Origin: Heterodontus francisci | Lineage: Eukaryota | DNA length: 64,000 nucleotides | Direction of reading: 5' to 3' | Assembly (NCBI RefSeq): GCF_036365525.1 | Contig: NC_090380.1 | Coordinates: forward strand, 50,501,331-50,565,330 | Part shown: in pieces, positions 49,838 through 62,848 of the stretch | Layout: the number at the start of each line of letters is the position of its first letter | Numbering within the stretch: the first letter of the stretch is position 1 | Notes under the pieces: generated by a model | What the model was told of the DNA's origin: nothing | The model's input: only the letters and a program-made list of their open reading frames with translations | Databases searched by the model: none | Made by a program: the position numbers and the translations under genes

Positions 49838-52564
49838 ACTGCCATCACTATCCCCGGGTATGTCCTGTCCCACCAGCAGGACAGACCCGGCAGAGGTAGC
49901 AGCACAGTGGTATACAGTTGGCAGGGAGTTGCCCTGGGAGTCCTCAGCATCTACTCTGGACCCCATGAAGTCTCATGGCATCAGGTCAAACATGGGCAAG
50001 GAAACCTCCTGCTGATTACCACCTACCGCCTTCCCTCAGCTGGTGAGTCAGTACTCCTCCATGTTGAACACAACTTGGAGGAAGCACTGAGGGTGGCAAG
50101 GGTGCAGAATGTATTCTGGGTGGGGGACTTCAATGTCCATCACCGAGTGGCTCGGTAGCACCACTACTGACCGAGGTGGCCGAGTCCTAAAGGACATAGC
50201 TGCTAGACTGGGTCTGCTGCAGATGGTGAGGGAACCAAGAGGGAAAAACATACTTGACCTCGTCCTCACCAATCTGACTGCTGCAGATGCATCTGTCCGA
50301 CAGTATTGGTAGGACTGACCTTTGCACAGTTCTTGTGGAGACAAAGTCCCGCCTTCACATTGAGGACACCGTCCAACATGTTGTGTGGCACTATCACTGT
50401 GCCAAATGGGATAGATTTCGAACAGATCTAGCAATGAAAAACTGGGCATCCATGAGGTGCTGTGGGCCATCAGCAGCAGCAGAATTGTACTCAACCACAA
50501 TCTGTAACCTCATGATCCGGCATGTCCTCCACTCTACCATTACCATCAAGCCAGAAGACCAACCCTGGTTCAATTAAGAGTGCAGGAGGGCATGCCAGGA
50601 GCAGCACCAGGCATACCTCAAAATGAGGTGTCAACCTGGTGAAGCTACAACCCAGGACTACTTGCATGCCAAACAGCATAAGCAGCATGCGATAGACAGA
50701 GCTAAGCGATCCCATAACCAACGGATCAGATCTAAGCTCTACAGTCCTGCCACATCCAGCTGTGAATGGTGGTGGACAATTAAACAACCAACTGGAGGAG
50801 GTGGCTCCACAAATATCCCCATCCTCAATGATGGGGGAGCCCAGCACATCAGTGCAAAAGATAAGGCTGAAGCATTTGCAACAATCTTCAACCAGAATTG
50901 CCAAGTTGATGATCCATCTCGATCTCCTCCTGAAGTCCCCAGCATCACAGATGCAAGACTTCAGCAAATTCAATTCACTCCGCGTGACAGCAAGAAACGA
51001 CTGAAGGCACGAGATACTGCAAAGGCTATGGGCCCTAACAATATCCCGGCAATAGTATTGTGCTCCAGAACTTGCCACACCCCTAGCCAAGCTGTTCCAG
51101 TACAGCTACAATACTGGCATCTACCCAGCAATGTGGAAAATTGTCCAAGTATGTCCTGTACACAAAAAGCAGGACAATTCGAACCCGGCCAATTACTGCC
51201 CCATCAGCCTACTTTCAATCATCAGTAAAGTGATGGAAGGTGTCATCAACAGTGCCACCAAGCAACACTTGCTTCACAATAACCTGCTCAGTGACGCGCA
51301 GTTTGGGTTCCGCCAGGGCCACTCAGCTCCTGACCTCATTACAGCCTTGGTTCAAACATGGACAAAAGAGCTGAACTCAAGTGGTGAGGTGAGAGTGACT
51401 GACCTTGACATCAAGGCAGCATTTGACCAAATATGGCATCAAGGAGCCCTAGCAAAACTGAAGTCAATAGGAATCAGGGGGAAAACTTTCTGCTGGTTGG
51501 AGTGATACCTAGCACAAAGGAAGATGGTTGTGGTTGTTGGAGGTCAATCTTCTAAGCTCAAGGACATCACTGCAGGAGTTTCTCCGGGTAGTGTCCCAGG
51601 CCCAACCACCTTCAGCTGTTTCAGCAATGACCTTCCTTCAATCATTAGGTCAGAAGTAGGGGTGTTGTCTGATGATCACACAATGTTCAGTACCATTCGC
51701 GATTCCTCAGATGCTGAAGCAGTCCGTGTAGAAATGAAACAAGACCTGGACAATATCCAGGCTTGGGTTGATATGTGGCAAGTAACATTCGCGTCACACA
51801 AGTGCCAGGCAATGACCATCTTCAATAAGAGTGAATCTAACCATCTCCCCTTGTCATTCAATGGCATTACCATCACTGAATCACTCACTATCCACATCCT
51901 AGGGGTTACCACTGACCAGAAACTGAACTGGAGTAGCCATATAAATACCGTGGCTACAAGAGCAGGTCAGACGTTAGGAATCCTGCGGCGAGTAACTCAC
52001 CTCCTGACTCCTCAAAGCATGTCCACCATCAAGAAGGCACAAGTCAGGAGCGTGATGGAATACTCTCCACTTGCCTGGATGGGTGCAGCTCCAACAACAC
52101 TCAAGAAGCTCGACACTATCCAGGACAAAGCAGCCCGCTTGATTCGCACTCCATCCACAAACATTCACTCCCTCCACCACCAACGCACAGTGGCAGCAGT
52201 GTGTACCATCTCCAAGATGCACTGCAGCAATGCACCAAGGCTCCTTAGACAGCACCTTCCAAACCCACGACCAGTACCAACCAGAAGGACAAGGGCAGCA
52301 AATGCATTGGAACACCACCACCTGCAAGTTCTCCTCCAAGTCACACACCATCCTGACTTGGAACTATATTGCCTTTCCTTCACCGTCGCTGGGTCAAAAT
52401 CCTGGAACTCCCTTCCTAACAGCACTGTGGGTGTACCTATCTCACATGGACTGCAGTGGTTCAAGAAGACAGCTCACCACCACCTTGTCAAGGGCAATTA
52501 GGGATGGGCAAAGCATGGTAGCCTAGCCACCGATGCCCACATCCCATGAATTAATGAAAAAAAA
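49838..52564 (+). mobile_element. Near-complete ORF2 of a CR1/L2-group LINE (APE and RT), disrupted; exact clade not assigned
   Basis: ITIPGYVLSHQQDRPG, WVGDFNVHH, NILDLVLTN (APE); NPANYCPISLLSIISKVME, QFGFRQGHS, DIKAAFDQIWH, VLSDDHT (RT); A-rich end. Confidence 0.95.
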
Positions 52565-52567
52565 GGT

Positions 52568-52570
52568 GAG

Positions 52571-52616
<46 letters not shown>

Positions 52617-52900
52617 AGATAGAGAGAGATAGAGAGACAGGGAGACAGAGAGACGGGGCAGACAGAGAGAGAGAGAGGGGTGACACAGAGAGTGAGGGGA
52701 CACAGAGAGTGGGGGGACACAGAGAGGGGGGGGACACAGAGAGGGGGGGGGGACACAGAGAGGGGGGGGGACACAGAGAGGGGGGGGGACACAGAGAGGG
52801 GGGGGACACAGAGAGGGGGGGGACACAGAGAGGGGGGGGACACAGAGAGGGGGGGAGGCACAGAGAGGTTGGGGAGACAAAGAGAAATAGGGAGACAGAA
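52568..52900 (+). repeat. (AG)n microsatellite grading into a G(n)ACACAGAGA minisatellite
   Basis: Pure AG run at about 52575-52613, then repeated ACACAGAGA separated by variable G runs. Confidence 0.95.
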
Positions 52901-53049
52901 AGATATGAAGATCGCTCCCAACAGATAGACATCTATTCGAAGGCTGAGATTCTACCGCATTTTTGGCCCGGCGCTGGGAGCCCCGCCAGCTCCACTGAAT
53001 CGTGCAGTATGACTGCATAGTTTAATGTGTGGACTGTAATTCAGCCAAT

Positions 53050-54184
53050 GTATTGGTTAGCAAAATTAAAACATATGGGATAGGAGGTAATATACTGGCA
53101 TGGATTAAGGATTGGTTAACAGGCAGAAAATAGAGAGTAGGAATAAATGGGTCATTCTCACTTTGGCAGGCAGTGTCTAGTGGGGTACCACAGGGATCAG
53201 TACTTGGGCCCCAGCTGTTCATAATATATATCAATGATTTGGATGTGGGGACCAAACATAATATTTCCAAGTTCACAGAAGACACAAAACTAGGTGGGAA
53301 TGTGTGTTGTAAGTAAGATGAAAAGCGGCTTCAAAGGAATTTGGACAGACTTCGCGAGTGGGCAAGAACGTGGCAGATGGAATATAATGTGGAAAAATGT
53401 GAGGTTATCCATTTTGGTAGGGGGAATAGATGTGCAGAGCATTTCTAAGAGACTAGAAAGTGTAGATGTACAAAGGGACCTGGGTGTCCTCATCAATAAG
53501 ACATTGAAAGCTAACATGCAGGTGCAGCAAGCAATTAGGAAGGCTAATGGTGTGTTCGCCTTTATCGCAAGAGGATCTGAGTACAGGAGTAGCTAAGTCT
53601 GGCTTCAATTGTATAGAACCTTGGTTAGACTGCACCTGGAGTAGTGTGTGCAGTTTTGGTCCCCTTACCTTAGGAAGGATATTATTGCCATAGAGGGAGT
53701 GCAACAAAGGTTCACCAGACTTGTTCCCGGGATGGCAGGACTGTCCTGTGAAGAGAGATTGGGGAAACTGGGCCTGTATTCTCTAGAGTTTCGAAGAATG
53801 AGACGTGATCTAATTGAAGCCTGCAAAATACTTAAAGGGATAGGCAGGGTAGATGCAGGAAAGATTTTCCCCCTGTTTGGGGATTCTAGAACCAGGGGAC
53901 ACAATTTCAAAATAAGGGAGGAGCCACTTAGGACAGAGATGAGGAGAAATTTCTTTACTCAGAGGGTTGTGAATCTTTGGAATTCTCTACCGCAGAGGGC
54001 TGTGGAAGCTCAGTCATTGAGTATGTTTAGAGCAGTGATTGACAGATTTCTAAATACCAATGACTTAAAGGGATATAGGGATGGTGTGGGAAAAAGCATT
54101 GAAGTGGAAGATCAGCCATGATCGTATTGAATGGCGGAGCAGGCTCGGTGGGCTGAATGGCCTACTCCTGCTCCTATGTTCCTA
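53050..54184 (+). mobile_element. CR1 LINE, 5'-truncated
   Basis: [21 protein letters not shown]; QFWSPYLRKDIIAIEGVQQRFTRLVPG...EMRRNFFTQRVVNLWNSLP. Confidence 0.95.
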
Positions 54185-54721
54185 TTTTCTTTTGTGTGTC
54201 AGTATGGTCACAGAACAAACCTGTTAGTTTCCTCCTTCTATGCAAGTGCAGTCTTCATTATTGCTTATCATACATTCTAACAAATATAGAATATCAAGTA
54301 ATACTTGATTATTTTAAACTTCTAACAGATCCAGCAACTAAACTCTTATTTGTTAGATAAGTTCTCCGACTAATGTAATTTGAATTCAATAGAAAAACAC
54401 ATCACAGTTTAACTCAATTCAGTTGAATTGATTTAGTTTCATGTATCTAAGAAAATAATGCAAACATCATTCAGCAAGACAGTTTAGTATGACGTATTGA
54501 CATTTTGTTCACGCAAAAAGCACATGCATTATTAAGTTCTGTGGGCTTCAGATTGTATCTGTTGAAATGACTAAGAAGCAAAACAACAATTTTTCTGTTT
54601 GTCTATTTTCATTTGCTTGCTATGTAATTCTATCTGATCCATCCAATTTTCATGGCAGTCTTGTAGCAATGAGTCACAACGATGTTTCCGCACTGATCCA
54701 GTGGGTCTAGTCATCTGGAAT

Positions 54722-54902
54722 GTCTGATTTCCTAGTAGTATAGAGGGTCTATGCATCTGATTTTCCTGGTGGTCTAGTGGACCTGTACATCAGATTTTCC
54801 TGGTGTTCGAGTGGTGGTTTTTTGTGTCTATTCCATCTGATTTCCCTGGTGGTCTACTGCGTTTATCCATTTGATTTCCCGAGCGTCCTACCCGGTCCAT
54901 GC
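54722..54902. repeat. Degenerate 34-bp minisatellite, 5 units
   Basis: Units start at 54722, 54755, 54789, 54835 and 54869 with core ATCTGATTT(T/C)CCTGGTGGTCTA. Confidence 0.8.
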
Positions 54903-55621
54903 ATTCTTGGTTTTACAGCTTGATCAAGGAAATCTTATTGCCAATGGAACGAAATGTTTCTGCTGCCCTAGATACTTTATATTTCAATGTCAAGCAACGC
55001 CCCCAGCAGTCTAGAGCACCATCAGTTAATGGTGTATAATTCACTTGGCAGCTTCACTGTGTTTAGGAAGGGTAACTCCACTGAGCACCTCACTTATTGA
55101 GTAATTTTCTTTAAATGATGCTTGCAATTTGACGATCACAATTTGGGGATTGAAGGGGAGAGTCCAAAACTAATTAGGAATTTACCAGGACAATCATTCT
55201 GTGAATAGGTGAAGTTAGCATTTTGTTTAAAATTTCACAACTGTCTTTTAAAGTGGTACATCAGAGATTTTACGATATACATATCCATGTATCAAGCTTC
55301 AAAATTAATTGTAAATATTTGTTAGTCTTGGGTCAAAGTTAGAGGGGGGCATGGGGTTGAAGAAAACAGCCAGGCATAAACAAAGTAAATGGAAATGCAA
55401 TGCGGAGGCACCAAACAAATTCTGTGAGTGAGTGACAGAGTGGTCCATCATTGATGAATGGCTAAATGGACATGTGATGGGTGTTAGGGTAATCAATTAG
55501 AAACTTCAGGACAATTTCACCAGAAAATGTTGTCATTTCCCTTCCCTAATGCCTCTGGCCTACTTCTAAAAGCACAAAGACTGTATGTAAAGAGTTGTTG
55601 ATAATTGCTAGCTAACGTAAG

Positions 55622-56185
55622 AGCTTGCATTTATGTAGCACTTAGTAAAATGTCATGCTTTACAGGAGTGTAATCACACAAATATTGGCATCGAACAAAA
55701 GGAGATGCTGTTAAGACAGGTGACCAAAGCCTTGGTTAAAGAGGTAGGATTTGAGGAGAGTCTTAAAGGGGGTGAGAGAGAGGTGGAGAAACAGAGAGAT
55801 TTAGGGGGGCAATTCCAGAGCTTAGAGCTAGATGGCTGAAGACACTGCTGCTAATGGTGGGGTGAAGAAGGTGAGGCCAGGACAAGAGGCCAGAGTTGGA
55901 GGTACACAGAATTTGCAGAGTTGTAGGGTTGGAGAATGCTACAAAGATAGGGAGGGCTAGGCCAAGGAGGGATATGCACACAAGGATGAGAATTTTAAAA
56001 TGGAGGTGTTCACGGACTGGGAGCCAATGTTGGTCAGCAAGCATAGCAATCTTGGCTGAGCAGAAGTTGGTGTAAATTAGAATACAGGTAGCAGAATTTT
56101 GGAAGAGCTTAAATTTAAGAAGGATGGAAGGCTGGACAGGTGATCATTGGAATGATAAAAGTCTGAGGGTAACAAAAGCATTTGG
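55622..56185 (-). mobile_element. L2 LINE 3' fragment
   Basis: MLADQHWLPVREHLHFKILILV; homologous to 44158-44660. Confidence 0.82.
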
Positions 56186-56881
56186 CAGGGAAAGAAATGT
56201 TAAAACATCATGGGCATTACTGGCACTGGAATGGCATAAGAAATATTTCCAGCTAAGAAACTTGTGCGGATGCCATTTGCAGTGCCTGTTCAGTTTGAAA
56301 AAGCTTCCCAAGTTTCTTCTCACTTCTGGAGACATTCTATGACGCGCTCACAAGTTGTCACTGGCCTCATTTATGCACAGCTACCTGTCAGTCAGTGGGG
56401 CTGTGGAAGAGAGCTTTCTGGATTTACCCCATTATTGCACTCTGGGTAAGTTATACCAGCTTGCGTAAGGTGCCACTGCTGCCTGGATCATCTGTTAAAG
56501 GTGGACGTGAGGAGTTCCTGGCAGAAAAGAATTTGCAGATTTTTTTTATATTGAAGATTTCTAAAAGTAGAGATTTTTTTTTTTAAATCTGTGACCTGTT
56601 TTGTTGCATTCTGCCTGCAGACACCTGTACTTGCTTCTGACTGCTTTTCCAAGGGTTAGTCCACCAATAGATTTTCAGACTCCACCCCCCCCACCCCAAA
56701 CCCCACAAACCCCCACATCCAGATCTTCACAGTCGCAGGTATGACATCACATATGAAGATGCTCTTTTATGCTATTGTCATGGATGGGCAGCAATACTAC
56801 AGGATACAGCAGTGGAGACCTAGGCAGAGGCAGCACAGCACATCTCATTACAGAATCTTTCTATTCCATGTGACAAAGTCT

Positions 56882-58537
56882 AGAGTCATAGAGTTATACA
56901 GCACAGAAACAGGCTCTTCGGCCCATCTTGTCTGTGCCGGCCATCAAGCATCTAACTATTCTAATCCCATTTTCCAGCACTTGGCCCATAGCCTTGTATG
57001 CTATGGTGTTTCAAGTGCACATCTAAATACTTCTTAAATGTTGTTTGGGTTCCTGCCTCTACCACCCCTTCAGGCAGTGCATTCCAGATTCCAACCACCC
57101 TCTTGAGTGAAAACATTTTTCCTCAAATCCCCTCTTAAACCTCCTGCCCCTTACCATAAATCTATGCCTCCTGGTTCTTGACCCCTCCTCTAAGGGAAAA
57201 AGTATCTTCCTATCTAACCTATCAATGCCCCTCATAATTTTGTATACTTCAATCATGTCCCCCCTCAGCCTTCTCTGCTCCAAGGAAAACAACCCTAGCC
57301 TATCCAGTCTCTCTTCATAGCTGAAATGCTCCAGCCCAGGCAACATCCTGGTGAATCTCCTCTGCACCCTCTCCAGTGCAATCACATCCTTCCTATAGTG
57401 TGGTGACCAGAACTGTACACAATACTCCAGCTGTGGCCTAACTAGCATTTTATACAGCTCCATCTTAACCTCCCTGCTCTTATATTCTATGCCTCGGCTA
57501 ATAAAGGCAAGTATCCTACATGCCTTCCTAACCACCTTATCTACCTGTGCTGCTGCCTTCAGTGATCTATGGACAAGTACACCAAGGTCCCTCTGACCCT
57601 CTGTACTTCCTAGGGTCCCACCATCCATTGTATATTTCCTTGCCTTGTTAGTCCTCCCACTTCTCAAGATTAAATTCCATTTGCCACTGCTCCGCCCATC
57701 TTACCAGCCCATCTATATCATCCTGTAATCTAAGGTTTTCCTCCTCACTATTTACGACACCACCAATTTTCGTTTCATCTGCAAACTTACTGATCATACC
57801 TCCTAAATTCACGTCTAAATCACTACAAACAGCAAGGGTCCCAGTACCGATCCCTGTGGTGGACCACTGGTCACAGGCTTCCACTTGCAAAAACAACCCT
57901 CAACCATCACCCTCTGCCTCCTGCCACTAAGCCAATTTTGGATCTAATTTGCCAAATTGCCCTGGATCCCAAGAGCTCTTACCTTCTTAACCAATCTCCC
58001 ATGTGGAACCTTATCAAAAGCCTTACTGACGTCCATGTAGACTACATCAACTGCTTTACCCTCATCTACACATCTAGTCACCTCCTCGAAAAATTCAATC
58101 AAGTTAGTTAGACACAATCTCCCCCTGACAAAGCCATGCTGGCTATCCCTGATTAATCCCTGCCTCTCCAAGTGGAGATTAATCCTGTCCCGCAGAATTT
58201 TTTCCAATATTTTCCCAACCACTGATGTTAGAATCACCGGCCTGTAATTACCTGGTTTATCCCTGCTACCCTTCTTGAATAATAGTACCACATTCGCTGG
58301 TCTCCAATCCTCTGGTACCTCTCCTGTGGCCAGAGAGGATTTGAAAATTTGTCTCAGAGCCCCTGCTATCTCCTCCCTTGCCTCACATAACAGCCTGGGA
58401 TACATCTCATCTGGGCCTGGGGACTTATCCACTTTTAAGCCCAATAAAACAGCTAATACTTCCTCCCTTTCAATGCTGTGTTCAAGTATATCACAATCCC
58501 CCTCCCTGATCTCGACACCTACATTGTCCTTCTCCAT
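56882..58537 (-). mobile_element. CR1 LINE, 5'-truncated, relatively well preserved
   Basis: KSPGPDEMYPRLL, PGNYRPVILTSVVGKILE, QHGFVRGRLCLTNLIEFF, KFADETK, LVRPQLEYCVQFWSPHYRKD. Confidence 0.96.
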
Positions 58538-61500
58538 ACCTTTGGAAACACAGCCTTACCAAGGCTGACAAATATCTGAAATTGATTTTGAAGCTCAATA
58601 AAGGCAGAAACAAATATTTGTTCCTGTAGGCAACTGCTTACTTTCAATTAAAGGGACATGCCCTCAAACCACAATCTATCCTACCACAGAACAACACATC
58701 AGTCCTGTTTGCCCCTACATGACCATGACAATCATCACTACCTGTGTCAAGATGGCGGTATCGCAACAGTGCACCCTCTGCTGTATGACTCTAACCTCCA
58801 TCAATAATAAAGTGTATGCTGGTGCACATTGCATTTTATTAAAAAGTTCACACAATTAACTGACTCTTTCTTAACACCATGCTTCCCTGGGTACCTGCGC
58901 TTGTCTTTTTTTTTTAACCTATTATTGTGCTTCTTACAGATTCCATCTAAGGGTCAGGACTGCAGGAGGTGGTTGGCTCATCATAGTGTATCAAAATAGC
59001 TCATGGTTCTGGTCACCAGTCAGCTTGCTCCTGGCAGGTAAGTGTTACTGGCTGCATCTCTGGAAGTAATTCCTGGAGGGCTTGGTCTCAGTTCTCACAT
59101 TCCACTGGCCTGGTATCTGAGGGGGAAAGCTGGAGACCTGATGTGTGTTGCTGTCCTGAGGGGTAGCCGTATTAGACAGGTGAACTCCAGCCAACACTAC
59201 TCCACTTGGCACTGGATCTTTGGCCATACTGATAGCTGGTCTAATGACAACTATCAGATCCTGAAAGTTCTGAGAGACACAATGGAAGCTGTGATTCATG
59301 GTGCCCTTTAATTTGTCCCCTATTCCCTCCAGAGCTGCTGTCTGTGCTTCTGTGGAGGCACTGATTGGTTCCCTGGCTGCTTCTTACCTGGGTATATACT
59401 GCAGATTGCAATGAAGCTATCATTTGCTCCATTGGTACCTGAAAGGAAGTGAAAGCTTCCTTAATGTTAATTTGGAGGGCAGCTGTAGACTTGAATCCCA
59501 GCTTTCAGCTGCAGTATATTCTCAAATCCTGCATCCAGGTATGATGTTCCTCATTCTGCTTTTCAGCTGAGTTCCCATGAATTCTGGGTCCCACGATTCC
59601 AAAACCCTCGGCAGCCTTCTTTTCATCTACTGCTAAGAAGATAGCATTGCCTCACTCACTTTTCTGCTACGGTGCTATGTGAATCACTTGGTGCCTTTGC
59701 CTCATCATCACAACCTAATTTCTGTTGCTGAGCTGGTGCCTGGGAGAGAGGAAGCAAATGTCACAGATGGCCAGTTGAACAGGATTAGGGAAGAGGAAGA
59801 CAGAATAAAATCTTTCCATTCAACAGGGAAGGTGCTCCATTTTTCATACTCCTCTTAATCATCACTTTCCTTCTCCTGTCCTGCCCTTGGTTGCAATGAA
59901 TCTGGAGGAAAGAAGGATAAAAGCTAAGAATGGCGAGCATTACCCCTTTTTGGATTAAAGGGGCTGAGAAAGTGGGGATGGAAGGTTTTGGCGGTGTGAT
60001 TCTTCAGAGATATGCAAGGGTGACAGTATAATAACTAACCTTGTCCCAGCAAGATTCCAACCTTGCCAACACCTATGGCAAAAGCCAAATGTGTGCCCAT
60101 TCATTCATTTGCTGACATATCGCTCTCCTCCACAAAGAACAAGGGTCCCTTTTGGAAACAATTCCACAACTCTTTCCTTCAAGTATTCCCTGCTTTACCC
60201 AAATCATTCTGTACATATTCTTTCAGTGCTTAAAAAAAACACTTTAATGAAAACACATCTATGTGCCTTCCTACTATTTATTACCACTTTGCCTCTCCTT
60301 AGTGTCTACAATTCTAGTCACTTTCAATCCTAAACTATTTCTCTTGGCGATCTCACAATGGCTGCAGGTTCTGCGGTGCACAACTGATGCTTTCCAGGCG
60401 CAGTCTTGCTCACCAGGATGGCTATTTATTCTCTTAAACAAGGAAGTACAGAGTTTGAAAGCACCTTATTTGCCATCAAGCAAGATGTGAGAGCATTTTT
60501 TAAAAATACAGTTAAGAACAGGCACAGGAGTTGAATATTAATCGAGTGAGGTGGGGGTCTACAGTAGTGTCCGTCTTACCTCCATTGGAATTTCTTGTCA
60601 TTCAAAAAAAGGGGAGGAGACTCAGCAGAATCAGGTCCCACATCCAATTCCACCCACCCCACCCCCCCCCAAACTATGTGTTCAGTTTCAGAAGTGTAGG
60701 GCTAACCATTTGAGACATCACAGGTTCTCTTTTTTTCTCAACAACTGGACTGATATTCTGGTCCTAGTGCTGAATTGGAGGACTGGAACACAGTGATCTT
60801 AATACTTGCCAGTCAATCAGTCTCATGGAATTTTCTGAGTTCAAACTCCCTTATCGTAGATGCAGATCAATCTGCTGACTAGACTGTCTGCTCTCTGCTG
60901 GAGAGGAGTTAAGAAATAATGTGCAACTGGAGCTCTTAAGATTTACAGTTATAATTTCCTCATATCTGAGTGTGCTCATCAAGGTGAGGGATGTTAGTGC
61001 TGGAGACTGAAACACTTTCTAATTCAGGTTTCTCAGCACAGCAGTTAGATACAGAGACAAGCTTCCAAGCTTCATATCAGGAACAAACCTCTTACTGGAT
61101 CATGACTACACCAACCGTCCTTAAGCCTGTCTGAATAACACTGCTAAATAAGTGTATGATTGGAGGTGTTTCATGCCACAGGCCCATTAGGAACGGATTG
61201 CATTGGCCAAACTAATTTCACAAATGATCCTCACAACCAGCAGATAGAAGAGATTTTCTTCCATTCGTCAGGGATGGATTTGTATCCGTGCTCCAGAAGC
61301 AAAAGGCCAGTTTATAAACCACTGCTTCATTCAGTCCCCATGTGGCTGCTATTTAAAGGTCTGCTACATGGTTGCCGGGCAGAAAATTGTAAATGACCTG
61401 GCCAATGACACAGAGTATTTCCATTTTCAGACTTTGGTCTGGCGTCAATTCCGCAAGAATTGCAGCAAAGATTTTAATGGACAGAAGATCATGGGGATCA

Positions 61501-61943
61501 TGCTCATGACTGCCAGGTAGGTGCTCCAGCAGGTAAGACTCAATGCAGGAAACGTACATTCTGAACATAACCCTTAGGTCTTTATGAGAGACTGAGTGAG
61601 AATAGTATTGGAGTTATAATTTAATAGAAAAAAAATTTATAGTGTTCAATGACAAACACTGGAGTCAATCTGGTAACTGTGCTCTCATAGCCTACAATAT
61701 GTTTGTGATTGCCTCACCCACCTGATATATTTCCGAGAGCCTCTCTCTCAAAATGCCTCACACTGTAGTGTTTTGAAAATTGCATTGTGCAGTTTGTCCA
61801 CTTAAGGCTACCATACACACATACCAGTAGAGGGAGTTGGAAGGAGAACAAAAAGGAATCCATGTTTCCAACAGCATGCAGCAGTTCTGTGTCTTTTACA
61901 AACTCTGACTGAATCTTAGTTCCAAGAACATCACACACATATT

Positions 61944-62848
61944 GGGCTGAATTTTATTCCCCTGCTGCCGGAAGCAGCAGTGGGTGAAAAAAATGTCAGC
62001 CTGCATGCACAGGCTGCACGCCACCACACCGCTGCAAGATACGTAGGGTGAGCCGCCGCCCTCCCAATCACATGGGGGGGGGCGGCCTCGGTGATGCCAT
62101 GAATGACATCAGCTGCCTCTGCTCAGGTGCTGGTGCCATTTTTAAAGGGCTACCAGAGCTGCACAGAAACTAGAGTTGAACGCTGTACCTCTCCCACTAA
62201 TCTCTAAAGAAATTTTTGACTCTCCCCCACAATACAATGAAAATAAATGCCCGACCTGTACCCACCTCCCCAAAAACACTTACATTGGAGATTTGACCTC
62301 TCCCTCCATAAACTGCACAAAGAGCAGAGGTCACCACTTCCACCATTCCCAACCCCCCCACCCCAACACTAGAAATGCAGAGTTGACCCTGTTTCCCTCA
62401 CCCACTCCCACTTCACTAAAAATCCTAAGTTCTCCCCTTCCCCTCCTCGATTGCATCAGCTTTCCCTGCACAGGAACGTGAAGGTGCGTGGGTGCTGCCC
62501 ATTGCACGGAAGATCCTGCACAGCCGGTAAGATTGCGGTGGATGGTGTTTAAATGTATTCATTTCCTTTATTTAAATATCTAAAGTTGGGTCCTGTTGCC
62601 AAGTGGCGGGGCACGGGGGGCCGCCACGGAGTCTCACCACCATTGGGAAGATTGGGCTGGCAATCCGACACCGGGCTCCATGGCAGCCCCTGCGGTCTTC
62701 CTGCAACCCCCCCATCCCATCCCTGGCCACAGAGCCCAAAATTGGGAGCTCAACAAAATCCCAGCCATTCTCTTTCAAGGAATGGGAGATCTTAGAAACA
62801 CTTTGGAGGAAGTTAATTTGAAAATATACAAGTGACAAAATCCAGGCC
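61944..62848. mobile_element. MITE-like element with related TIRs, possibly composite
   Basis: GGGCTGAATTTT at left, AAAATCCAGGCC at right; GC-rich interior. Confidence 0.65.

Noticed and set aside
52498-53020. ORFs with PPLCV / GGDTER repeats
   Set aside because: Translations of the microsatellite/minisatellite.
54722-54902. CRISPR-like array
   Set aside because: Variable parts are homologous to each other and too short to be spacers.
58600-59950. Further decayed Harbinger 3' region
   Set aside because: Only convergent polyA-like signals and vague composition; no diagnostic motif.
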